DNA from: Octopus bimaculoides
Taxonomy: Eukaryota
Assembly (NCBI RefSeq): GCF_001194135.2
Contig: NC_068981.1
Coordinates: 125,394,422 to 125,458,421, forward strand
Length of the DNA stretch: 64,000 nucleotides
Reading direction: 5' to 3'
Shown here: positions 22,771-34,858 of the stretch, piece after piece
How positions within the stretch are numbered: the first letter of the stretch is position 1
Layout: each line of letters begins with the position of its first letter
The notes under the pieces: model-generated
Database searches by the model: none
What the model saw: the letters and a program-made list of their open reading frames with translations, nothing else
What the model was told of the DNA's origin: nothing
Position numbers and translations under genes: made by a program

Positions 22771-24478
22771 AACACACACACACACATATGTATGTTGTAT
22801 GTATACATACTAATACACACACACATATATTCATATATGTATACACACACACACACACAAACACATTTCTCCACATTTACAATTTCATTCATTCATGTAA
22901 TACACACACACACACACACCTGTACACATAATGCAGCAAGTTTTCTTTTTATTTTGCATCAAAGCTTTCTTTTTGTATTTATGTTTATTTTCTTTCTTTA
23001 TAAACTGATATATTTGAATTGTATAACTTAGAAAATTCTTAAATGTTTAGAGTGGTATTTTGGCTCTTTTCTTTTTGTCTGGCTTTTTTTTTTTTTGTGT
23101 CCAAACAGAGATCTACTTGAATCATATATAAAAATACAGAAACACAAAACAGTTTATTGAATAATTTTATATGTGAAACAATCAAACCATTACACACTGA
23201 AAATATACTTGTAGTAAAAACTAGAAAAAAATGACTTCACAAAAAAAAAAAAATCTCTTACATAATTGAAGTTTAAAAGTAAATCTTTTCTTTTTCCCCA
23301 TGAAAAGTAATCAAACTATAAGCTTTCAGGGAAATATGTACAATTGTTGTAAACACGCCTTAGTAATAAATTCCTTATAAATTTCTAGATTTATTCGCTC
23401 ATCACCTGATAATTTCTCAGAGAAAATAAAATACAAGGCCTCATCACTCAATGTTTATGAGGCAACAAGTAACGGGGAATATTGCAACAATACACACTTA
23501 TTTGCAACAAATAACAAGTGCTACTGCTATCCCTTTAACAGGCTAAGATATTTCACTGGAATCAACTAAGAAATTCTTGTATATGAAGCAGAGAAATTGT
23601 CACAAATACCTAACGTAATCTCTCAGATATTGGAATAGTAATTAAAAGCGATGAATTGGTAAACAGACAGCATGGCTCACATAATTCAATATTTTAACAA
23701 TTAACTCCCCAAATTTACAGTTTTTAACCCCCGCATACAAAACGTGAACATTTTAAATTTATATTTGTGTCGTGTTTTCTACTATCCATTGCAACTGAAG
23801 AGAAGTAAATAAATGAATAAAGATAAAATTTTAAAAAATATACATAAACACGTGTAGAGATAAATTGATATTGAAGCAGTAGTGAACATTAGTTAGGTCT
23901 ATACAATCAGCTGTTGTATATTTTATTGAACATCTATCCAACTATCTATCTATCTATCTACCTATCTATCAATTTATCTATGTATATGTATATAATATCC
24001 TTACACAGACACACAGACACATATACACACACACATATGTATGCACACGTGTGTATGTATGTATTGTTGATCAAATGACTAAGTGACATGACATTTTTCA
24101 TAAACCACATTATTTTATTAATGAAGACAAATAAAATAGATTTAAATATTGAACTCATTACGACAAACGCAAAAAAAAAAGAAAAAAAAGCAATTATATA
24201 TTATTGTCATTTTGTTTTTTTTTTTCTTATAACATGTAAATACATTAACATGTCTTATTATATAGTATGATAATGATACAGCATTTACGTAGATTTCAAT
24301 ATTTTATTATACATTAATTCCTAAAAAATGTCACCAGCTGTTGTTTTCCAACCCCTGCTAAAATTCATTGATTACTTTCAACACAGCATAACGAAAGCAT
24401 TAAAAATAAGGTATTTTTCCAAATGTTTCCACATTTTGTACCCTTTACATGTACCTCTCCAAAACAAAGATGTGGGGT

Positions 24479-24509
<31 letters not shown>

Positions 24510-24839
24510 CAAATGTATAGGTAAGAAAAAAACTACTAACTTGATATCATTTTAAAAGTGAAACTAGGCTTTTGGGAGAAAAAAAATAGACAAACAAGTT
24601 GATATGTTGCTTTTTACAAATATCGAAATGCATTGTGACATAACTTATGATTCGATTCACTAAGCCACGCCGACAACTGTTCCATATCCAGCAGTGACCT
24701 AGTTATGATTCGATGATACTTCTTAAGTAAGCCTGGTCACATGTGGCTGGAGTGGATGAAAAAAATAAAAAACACCGATATCACATTGGAAGAATAAACA
24801 CATTCATATTCCTTTTGTTACTCTTACTACAACTACTAC

Positions 24840-27370
24840 CACCATCCTTACTACTATTACCACCACCACCACCACTACCCATGCTACTACTAATGTTATA
24901 ATTGTTATGTTTTGAGTTCAAATACTGCTGAGAGCAATTTTTCCTCCCACCAGGATCAATAAGATAAAGCACTGGTCAACTACTGTGACAACAGCATTGA
25001 CTAACTTCCACTCCCAAACTTTCAGGCCTTGTGTCTGTAGAAAATTAATATCGTTATTATTATTATTAGTAGTAGGTGTTGATAACATGAATATCAGCTG
25101 AGCATTGAGGTCTATATAATCAACTTACCCACTCCCTGAAATTGCTAGCCTTGTGCCAAAACTTGAAACCAAAGGTAGCAAGTTGGCAGAACCAAGCAGA
25201 ACTATGAGAACACCAGACAAAATGCTTAGCAGCATTTCGTCCATCTTTATGTTCTATTCAGTTGAAATCAACTTTGCCTTTCATTCTTTCAGAGACAAAT
25301 GCTGGAGTTGATGTAATCGATTTACCCTACCCCTGAAATTGCTGGCCTTGTACCAAAATTTGAAACCATCATCATTATTATTATTATTATTATTAAGGTG
25401 GCAAGTTGGCAGAATCATTAGCACAATGGGCAAAATGCTTAGCAGCATTTTGTCCGTCTTTGCATTCTGAGTTCAAATTCTGCCGAGGTCAATTTTTCCT
25501 TTCAGGGTCGATAAATTAAATACCAGTGAAACACTGGGATGATGTCATCAACTTAACTCCTCCCCGAAATTGCTGGCCTTGTGCCAAAATTTGAATTCAT
25601 TATCATCATCATCATCATTACTACTACTGCTACCACTACTACTACAATTACAGAATTGATGCTGTGTTAAACAAAATGTTTTGTGGAACTACTTTTGGTT
25701 TTTTTATATTCTGAGTTCAAGCATAAATGAAGTTAACTTTGCCTTTTATCCACTGGGAATCAATAAGATAAAGCACCAGTTAAGTACTTGTATGAATCTG
25801 ATTAATTAAACTCCTCCCCTAAATTTCTGGCCTTGCACCTACTCTATAAACCATTTAGAGCAGTGATTTAACAAAATTGTTACAGAGCAGGACAAAATAT
25901 CTTGTGGTATATCTACAGCTATTTATGCTCTGAGTTCAAATGTCAATGAGTTTAACTTTGTCAGTCTTTCTGGATTGACAAAATATAACAACAATCAAGT
26001 TCTCAGGTCTGTTTAATTGCCTCTCTCCACCAAAATTTTAGGCCTTGTGCCTAAATTAGAAACATTATTATTATTAATATTATTGCCTTTGCACAGCTTC
26101 TAACGCTGGAGATGTACTACAGTGTCAGCTGTCCGCTACCAGTGAACTAAGGTAACACCTCTTATTTTTCAAGCACCTTCCGGAGTATTCGAGAGATTCC
26201 AAGCAGTGCTGTTTTCTGCAAGTGCTTTACATTATTAATTATTATTATTATTATTATTATTTAAGGTGGTGAACGACCAGAATCATAACTGAGTCAGATA
26301 AAATGCTCAGCTGCATTTCTTCTGGCTTATCTTTCTGAGTTCAAATACTTCTGGTGTCAATTTCACCTTTCATCTTTTCAGGGTCAATAAAATAAGAACC
26401 AGGTAAATACTTGGGTCGATGTAATCAACTAGTCTCTGTACCTATTGTAGTAAGAATCATTATTATTATCTGCAGTTGTGATCCGGTAGAATCATTACTG
26501 CACTAGATAAAATGCTTCGTAGCATTTTTTCCAGCTCTTTGTGCTCTGAGTTCAAATGACACAAAAGTTGACTTCGCCTTTCAGCTTTTTGGGGTCAATA
26601 AAATAATTAATTGCCTTCCTCCTCCTCTTAAAATTGTCGGCCTTGAACCAAAATTATCATTATTATTATTTGGCCCATGGATTGATAGAATCAGAACAAC
26701 ATTGGCCTTGTGATATTTCCTTCAGTTCTTAATTTGCTGTGTTCAAATACTGCTAAGGTTATCTTTGCCTTTCATCCTTCCAGAGTTGCTAAGTTAAAGC
26801 GCCAGTCAAGTGCTGGAATTTACTTGTAGGTAAGAAGTATTTCCCCAAATCCAATACATGTGAGTTATAATAAACACTATGCATGAACTAACACTGCTTT
26901 TAGGGATAGAAAGCTTGGTATTTTTCTAAGTATTTGTGAGAAGACAGAGCTTGTTGGATGGTAGTAAGCTGCAAAATGAAATAACTTTTAGTATCCAGTA
27001 CATTCTGATTTCAATTCCAGCTGTTGTCAACTTTACCTTTCATTCATCTGGATCGATACAAGTACCAGTAATATAATGAGGATGGATCCATTTACCATAT
27101 ACTAGTACTACTATAAATGCATGGCCTTGTCCCACTATATGTAGCAATTATAATGCAGAAAGGTAACTTAACAGCAGAAACTGTATCACACTGGACTAAC
27201 TCCAGTTCTCTGTGTTCCAAGTTCAAATCTTGTTCTAGTTAAGTTTGTTTCTCATCTCTCCATGGTTGATAAAAACAAGTACCAGTTATCCAGTTATGTG
27301 CTGAAAATTATTTCACCTGAGTGTCTCACACTTGCACAAGTCTCTAACTTTGTACCAATATAAGAAATTA
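24840..27370 (+). mobile_element. Head-to-tail array of about ten family-2 SINE copies separated by (ATT)n
   Basis: Repeated ~200-bp unit, e.g. 25172-25367, 25395-25596, 25858-26063, 26263-26457 and 26475-26655; each ends 'ggccttgtgcc...gaaac' plus (ATT)n. Confidence 0.88.
26085..26228 (-). mobile_element. Very short 5'-truncated R4/Dong-like element (ORF end plus 3' UTR)
   Basis: Reverse complement HLQKTALLGISRILRKVLEK* plus 3' UTR matches 47226-47414. Flanked by (TAA)n on both sides. Confidence 0.85.
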
Positions 27371-27449
27371 TGATCCAGTACATCAAAGCTGGGTAAATAT
27401 AGGATGCAGTAAAAAAGATAAGGCTAGTGTTGTTGTTGTTGTTGTTGTT

Positions 27450-27830
27450 GGCACTCCGTCGCTTACGACGTCGAGGGTTCCAGTTGATCCGATCAACGGA
27501 ACAGCCTGCTCATGAAATTAACGTACAAGTGGCTGAGCACTCCACAGACACGTGTACCCTTAAAGTAGTTCTCGGGGGAGATTCAGCATGACACAGAGTG
27601 CGACAAGGCTGGCCCTTTGAATTACAGGCACAACAGAAACAGGAAGTAAGAGTAACAGAAAGTTGTGGTGAAAGAGTACAGCAGGGTTCGCCACCATCCC
27701 CTGCCGGAGCCGCATGGAACTTTAGGTGTTTTCGCTCAATAAACACTCATAACGGCCGGTCTGGGAATCGAAACTGTGATCCTATGACTGCGAGTCCGCT
27801 ACCCTAACCACTGGGCCATTGCGCCTCCAC
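27450..27830 (-). mobile_element. Full-length SINE family 3 with (CAA)n tail
   Basis: tRNA-like head; tail hairpin GTTCCGTTGATCGGATCAACTGGAAC; (TTG)n at 27429-27450. Confidence 0.92.
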
Positions 27831-28139
27831 GATGGCTAGTGGTAAAGAATGGTAAGAGTAAGGAGTGCTGAATACGAGTAGATCTGAAACTACATAAGTA
27901 TATAGAATGATAGAGGGGTAATAGTAGAAGCAGGGTAGAGTGAAAAAGAGTGACAGTAGTAGAACTGAATACTGACAGATAAGAGGATAATGCAAGAGGG
28001 CAGTAGATGAAAACTTAATAGGGATATGTATGCACAGGTTATATGAGTGTGTGTGTGTGTGTGTGTACTGCCTTTTGTATAACAATTTGTATTCAATGTT
28101 TGGGGTTTTGTGGGTAATAAAGAAATAACAATAATAATA

Positions 28140-28355
28140 ATCCTTTTTACTATAGACACAAGGCCTGAAATTTGGAGAGCGGGGCAAGTTGATTACATCA
28201 TCCCCAGTGCGTAACTGCTATTTATTTATTGACCCCCAAAAGGGTGAAAGGCAAAGTCGACCTCGGTGGAATTTGAACTCACAACGTAAAGGCAGTTGAA
28301 ACGCTGCAAAGCATTTTGCTCAGTGTGCTAATGATTCTGCTAGCTTGCCACCTTA
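28140..28355 (-). mobile_element. SINE family 2
   Basis: Antisense copy of the array unit, bounded by (AAT)n. Confidence 0.85.
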
Positions 28356-28357
28356 AC

Positions 28358-28394
<37 letters not shown>

Positions 28395-28396
<2 letters not shown>

Positions 28397-28800
28397 TGTT
28401 TAACGTTTGCTTTCCATACTGGCATGGGTTGGACGGTTTGACTGAGGACTAGCAAGCAAAGAGGCTGCACCAGGCTCCAATCTGATCTGGCAAGGTTTCT
28501 ACAGCTGGATGCCCTTCCTAATGCCAACCCCACTCCAAGAGAGTAGTGGGTGCTTTTTACGTACCACTCGCACAGGGTCCAGTCAGGCGGCACTGATATT
28601 GACCACACTCGAATGGTGCTTTTTACGTGCCACCGGCACAGGAGCCAGTCAGGCAGCACTAGCATCAACCAAGCTCATATGGTGCTTTTCACATGTCGCT
28701 GGCATGGGTGCCAATCAGGCAGTACTGACATCAGCCATGACAACAATTTCACTTCACTCAACATGTCTTCTCAAGTAGAGCATATTGCTTGACAATTGAA
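28395..28800 (-). mobile_element. RTE-tail-type retroposon (family 4) with internal ~66-bp tandem triplication
   Basis: 'tttaacgtttgctttccatactggcatgggttggacggtttgac...ggatgcccttcctaatgccaac', then three 'ggtgcttttacgtgccacc...' units. Confidence 0.85.
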
Positions 28801-29153
28801 GGGTACTCTTAAATGGGCCAAGCCTCTCTACTATAGGCACAAGGCCTGAAATAGTGGGGAGGGGGATAGTTGATTGCATCAACCCCAGCACTGGACTACC
28901 ACTTATTTTACTGACCCTGAAAGGATGAAAGGCAAAGTGGACCTTGGCAGAATTTGAACTCAGAACACAAAGAAAGACGAAATGCTGCTAAGCATTTTTC
29001 CTGGTGTGCTAACAATTCTGCCAGCTCCTCTTCCTCCTCTTCCTCACCACCACCACCACCACCACCACCATGGCAGCAGCGACGACAATGACAACAACAA
29101 CAACAATAATAGGTACTGATGCTGTTGTTCAGAATGGTGGATGAGCAGGATCA

Positions 29154-29329
29154 TTAACCCTTTAACATTCAAATCATTCTATCAAATGTAATGCTTATTT
29201 ACATTGTTTGAAATTAATCATGCACTGTACCATAACTTCAAGATTTCAATGATGTGATTGTTTCTTTTTAGAATGACACTGTAGGTGTGAGAGGCCACAT
29301 CTGACTGGTTTGAACATAAAAGGGGTTAA
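29154..29329. mobile_element. piggyBac-like MITE (second family) inserted in a family-2 SINE head
   Basis: TTAACCCTTT...AAAGGGGTTAA. The SINE head reads through on both sides of the TTAA. Homologous, inverted, to 32290-32948. Confidence 0.8.
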
Positions 29330-30044
29330 AGCATTGGTGAAAATATCTCACACCATCTCTTCTGGCTCTTTACATTCTGAATTCAAATCTTGCCAAGGGC
29401 AACTTTTACTTGTCATCCAGTTAAGTACTTGGGTCAACGTAATTGACTAACTATCTCAAAATTGCTGGCCGTGTGCCTAAATTAGAAACTATTATTATTG
29501 TTGCTGTTGTAGGGTGCTGAGTAACAGCACTGACAGAAAAGTGCACTAAATATCATGCAGTATCTAGTTAATCTATTTATGTTGTGATTTCAAATCCTGC
29601 CAAGTTTGTTTTTGTCTTTCATACTTCTTGGGTTGGTAAAAAAAGGTAGTAATAAAGTGGTAGAGTTATTAGAGAGGGAAACAGCAGAGAAAATAGCTGG
29701 TGTGATAAGTTTAAATATAAGAAAGAAAGAGGTCCACTGTTTCAGGCTACAGGTATTTTATCAAAGAGAAGATATGAGAGATGTATGTGTTGTAGCTGAA
29801 ATTTATCTGGAAGTAGTCAGAACTCTCTTCTTTCCCTTTGTAAAAGGCCTAATGTTACATATCTTTCTCTCATGCTAACTATAATTATTTGAACCACCAC
29901 ACTTCTTCTAGGATTATTTTTTGCTAATGCAATCCTCTGATTCAAGATTTTGCCATATTAGTTGCAGATAGAGTAGCAGAGAAATATTAGACAGTAGAGA
30001 AACAGAAGCATAAAGTTTATAAATGGCTGATATATTAATTAGAT

Positions 30045-30307
30045 CAATAGTCCCAAACCTTTTTTTTGCACTAGTTTCATGCAAGACAGTTTTTTCACAG
30101 ACCGGGGGGATCATGTGCATAACAAAACACAATAAAGTGTATAATATGTCATTTAATTATTAACATATATAATGCAAAAACACCCTGCAGACTGTGATAG
30201 TCAATAAAATAAAAATAAAATTAAGAAATGTATTCTTTCTGTATGGCTTGGTGCCAAATGATCCATGGTCCAGTACTGGTGTGTAGCTTTGTTGTTAGGG
30301 ACCTGTA
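30045..30307. mobile_element. hAT/Charlie-like MITE
   Basis: Degenerate TIRs caatagtcccaaac / gttagggacctgta (cf. CAGGGGTCCCCAAC); 8-bp flanks aattagat (30037-30044) and tattagat (30308-30315). Confidence 0.6.
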
Positions 30308-30733
30308 TATTAGATAATGAAGTGAAGTAAATATTAGATGGGTGAAGTGATATAAATATTAAGCAGTGGAGTGGTAGAAACATTAGATCTGCAGTTTCCA
30401 ACCTTTCCTATACCCCCACCTGACATATTTGGTTAATTTTCATACTCCTTACAGAAGCGGCATCATGTAAAAATGAAAACTCAAGTTTTGAATATGCAAT
30501 TTATTTTTTTAAAATCATACTACATACAGTAGTACTGTGGTTGAACAAACTGAACTTAAAAGTTAAGCTTTTGACTCATGGTATAAAATGCAGATGTTAA
30601 TTGAGCATTCAAAAAAGAACTGTAAACATTGAAATCAATTATGAGCATAAATTATAGCAACTTCTTTGTTCCTGCTTTTCATTCATGACTTCATATCAAA
30701 CCATAGAACTTTCTTGCGCTTTGCAATCAACAG

Positions 30734-30797
30734 GGCTGCCTGTGAATTTCGACTTCCTAAATTCCCAGAACTGAATTCAGATTCGCACAAGCATAAA
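30734..30797 (+). CDS. Candidate exon 2 of the unidentified plus-strand gene (R-AACEFRLPKFPELNSDSHKHK)
   Basis: Acceptor caacag|G (an alternative in-frame AG would start the exon at 30707), donor AAA|GTAAGT, phase compatible with the 22429 exon, CpG-containing non-repeat sequence. Confidence 0.5.
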
Positions 30798-31714
30798 GTA
30801 AGTACTTTCCTTCTTTGCTGTGCTCACTGAAATGTCATCGCCTATCCAAACTTAGGAATCCCTGCATAAGATGGTGGTATATCTCATGTGTTAGATGGTT
30901 TTCTGACATAAATATCAAATAATGAAATGATTGGTATAATAAATAGTGCAGTGACAGACAAATTAGATGAGAGAATGACAGACACTGGATGGGGAAATGC
31001 CACCCACATATTGTAGCAAATGATAAAGAGATTACATGGTGGAGAGGCATACATATTAGACAATGAAGTGGCTGATAATCAAATTAAGAGATAATGTACT
31101 GAATGATATATCTAAAAAAAAATCCTTAACCAATTATAAAGGAAAAACAAATCTCTCAAAGTTGGAAAAAGAAAACACAAACTTAGCAATAATTGTTAAT
31201 TTAGAAACTCACAGAGAAAAGGGAAAATAATTTCAAGAAATGCAGAATTAATTTCTCAATGTTAATTTTCATGCCAAGGAGAAGGAAAGTCTGACTATTG
31301 CATCAAAAATACAACTATGGTCATATTTCAGTCTGCAAGAACTCATCAGTATAGGATAGTCTAAGCAAGCTTGTTCATCACGTGATGTAGATTTTTACAT
31401 TTAGAAAGAGTTAGGAAGAGTCTTCAGACTGTATAATTTACATAGTTGAAAATAAAATGAGCTAATGACGTGAAGTGTTTGATATGTCATTGTTGTCATT
31501 TTTTTAGCCTTTGGTTGGCCTTGTTCAAGTAAATCTATAGTAAAAGACAGCATTTGGGCTATACCAATCCTGCCATTTTCCTCAGATTTGACTTACTTTA
31601 ATAACAATTAGTGCATGATAGGAGAAATTTGGCAACTGTTTCTTGTAGATCATGAGACCACATAACACTCTTGTTGCCTGATACACAATGGTGATTAATG
31701 CAGCAAAACTATTA

Positions 31715-32100
31715 CAAGGTATCATGATAGACATATTAGATACTGCAACGGCTGACATATTAGTTGGCATAGTAGTTAATTCATCAGATAGTGTAGCAAC
31801 TGACAAGGGTGTAATGACTGATACATTAAATGGTGTAGTGTTACACTTATGAGATGATATAATAGCTGAGACATTAGATACTGTAATGGCTGATATATTA
31901 GATGGTATAATGAATGACATTAAATAATAGGAGACATATTAGAAAATATTAGACACCAGAATAAGAAAAATATTAGATGGAGTAATGATAAAACATTAGA
32001 TGGTAGAATGACAAAAATATTTGGTGGTGGAGTGACAAAACCTAAGATAATAGACTGATAATGACAAAAGTTTTTGATGAAGAAGTTATATACACATTCA
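31715..32100. repeat. Degenerate ~24-bp minisatellite (gacatattagatggtataatg-like)
   Basis: Recurring 'attagat' about every 24 bp. Confidence 0.75.
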
Positions 32101-32289
32101 GATAGCAAAAAAGTCTTTCATCCTTCCAATGTGGACTAATAAATATTATTATGACACTGAGGGAATGCAAAGTGCCTGACTTTAACATAAGTGAATATAT
32201 GCTGAATTAATGTTGAATAAATGTTTTACATTGTCGAGTTCAGGACTTTATTGTCTTCTGTTCAAATCACACTGGGCCTGGCTTTATTT

Positions 32290-32948
32290 TTAAACCTTTA
32301 GCATTTAAACCAACCATATCTGGTGAAAATATTCTACCTCCTTTATCTCAAAATCAGCCAGATCTGGCTTTTCACACCTATGCTACAATATCATTTTAAA
32401 AATAAACAACCAGGAGGCGCAGGAGTGGCTGTGTGGTAAGTAGCTTGCTTACCAACCACATGGTTCCGAGTTCATTCTCACTGCGTGGCACCTTGGGCAA
32501 GTGTCTTCTACTATAGCCTCGGGCCGACCAAAGCCTTGTGAGTGGATTTGGTAGACGGAAACTGAAAGAAGCCAGTCGTATATATGTATATATATATGTA
32601 TGTGCTTGTATATGTTTGTGTGTCTGTGTTTGTGTGTCTGTGTTTGTGTCCCCAGCATCGCTTGACAACTGATGCTGGTGTGTTTACATCCCCGTAACTT
32701 AGCAGTTTGGCAAAAGAGACCAATAGAATAAGTACTAGGCTTCCAAAGAATAAGTCCTGGGGTCGATTTGCTCGACTAAAGGCGGTGCTCCAGCATGGCC
32801 ACATTCAAATGACTGAAACAAGTAAAAGAGTAAAAGAGAATCATATAATCAAAATCTCAAAGCTATGAGATAGTGCATAATCAATTCAAAATGATGTGGA
32901 TAAATAAGCATTAAATTTAACAAAGTAATCTGAATGCTGAAGGGTTAA
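32290..32948. mobile_element. piggyBac-like MITE split by a family-1 SINE
   Basis: Left end 'ttaaacctttagcattt', right end 'aatgctgaagggttaa'. Confidence 0.75.
32412..32838 (+). mobile_element. Full-length SINE family 1, tail A (young)
   Basis: AGGCGCAGGAGTGGCTGTGTGG head, CORE-like block, microsatellite middle, and tail ending (GTAAAAGA)n. Confidence 0.93.
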
Positions 32949-34825
32949 ACTCTTCTGAGACACCAAGTATGCCAACTACCAGTGATATACTGAAGTCAAT
33001 GACAAATGTTAGACTACTGTCTACTCTAAAAGAATTATTTACAACTACTAGTTCATGTACTGAAGATTTTTACTCACCTAAGATCTAATACTTATTTAAG
33101 GAAATATTATTATTGGTTCTGATAAGAGTAGCAAAAATAATTGAGTCAGAAGAATTATGGTCCGTTGCCTCTGGTTTAACAATTCACTTGTTCTTCAGTT
33201 AACGATGCAGCTACCTACCACATGGTCATTTCAACTGCTAGTGATAGCAGTCAAATCTTCCTTATAGTCTCTTATAAAAGGACACATTGGATAATGTAGT
33301 CAAGTGTGCAAGAAAAACAGTTGGACATGGCTGGAATGCTTTTGGTCAAAGGTTTTACTTAATTAGGGTTGACTTGGGTTCAAACAACAAAAATTCCCTT
33401 CTCAAAGTTTGAATGTCGCCTAAGTCAGCCTAGCTTTTTCTCTATTGTCAAGGCAATATACTGGTGTTGATGCACTTTGTTCCACCTTTCCTTTATAAAA
33501 ACAGTTTTGTGTCAGTTACAAGAAATATTATCATTGACCTTTATTTCCTTCTTAATTTACATAATAAAATTGGAGATGAATTGTCAATTTAAAGTCATAA
33601 AATGAACAGAATTGTAAGAACAATGGACAAAGTCCATTTAGTTTCCAGTTATGGTCCTTTGTATTTGGAGTTCAAATCACACCAAGGTCAACTTTGTCTT
33701 TCGTTCTTCCTGGGTCAATAAAATAAAATACCAGACACACAGTGCTGTCAAATCTTATAATGTTTCCTAGACGTGACTTGAACTGAATTACAATAAAAGA
33801 AATGGTTTCATAACTGTTAGTGTAGTTTCATCTCTTATGATCTATTGTTGTGAATTCAAATTCTGATTGAGTTATTTTCCTCTCTTCTCTCTCAGCAAGT
33901 CAATAAAACAAATACCAATATCAGTCATCTACTGAGATTTAATCTGTTGATTATACAATTCACCAATGAAAATTGGCCTTATCTCTAGTAAAAATACATC
34001 ATTATTCTCAGTTAACAGTTTCCTAGCTTGACTTCACTTTTTATCCTTGTACTTTTTGAGCTTGCATTTTTTGATCAGTACTATTCCAGCAGGTCAATGA
34101 TCAAAGATGGTCTAGCTGTGATACCTTTGTGTTTCTTTTTCAAGCATAGTGTGCCTAAGTTTACATTAGCCAATGGCTGGTCATCTAAAGAATTGATAGA
34201 ATAGGTGCCAGCAGCAGTCATTCATTGGATTTGAACCATTCAACTGTATCTCATGCTAGCCTTTCAATAAACACTGTCCTTGTGCCTATTCAGAAGAAGG
34301 AATGTCATCGTTTAGCTAAGGGCAAACTCTAATAGAGCAGCCCCATGGTCAAACATATTTCAGTCATGATCATCCCATCCTCATTTTCAGAATGCATGTC
34401 GAACCATCTCATCCAATAAGTCCACTCTAGCCAAATAATAGAATATTATGTGAGATTTTACTTCTATTTCCAGCAGGTTGAGCAGCTAACCATAAACAGA
34501 TTCGCTTGTTAGCTTCAAAAGAAATAATTGGTTTCTATAGTGATTAATTTTTCATAACAAATGTTTTTCTGTATCAAAAACTTATGATGGGTACAGAAAG
34601 TAGTTAGAAACAAGAATTATATTCAAACCATATCAATTTATTTCTACTTTTCCATAAACATTTCATTGTCCTTAGAATATTAATGATGATATTGATAATG
34701 ATGACGATAAAGCCATCAAGTCTACTTTGCTGCATCAAAAGTACTTGTTTTATCCACACATAATATTTAAAAAAAGCATTCAACCATGCCCTATCCTTGA
34801 TGAATCAATTGATTTTTGCTTTCAG

Positions 34826-34858
34826 GCATACAATGGAATATATATTGCTGTAGCTCTA
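34826..34858 (+). CDS. Candidate exon 3 of the unidentified plus-strand gene (AYNGIYIAVAL; alternative donor at 34888)
   Basis: Acceptor gatttttgctttcag|G, donor CTA|GTAAGT, 33 nt, phase 0-0, compatible with the 30734 exon. Confidence 0.45.

Noticed and set aside
24840-27370. CRISPR-like repeat/spacer appearance
   Set aside because: Eukaryotic context, ~200-bp diverged SINE units, microsatellite spacers and no cas genes.
27740-27830. tRNA gene candidates at SINE heads (also 13100-13185, 32415-32490)
   Set aside because: A/B boxes are present, but the heads continue into SINE bodies and lack a complete acceptor stem.
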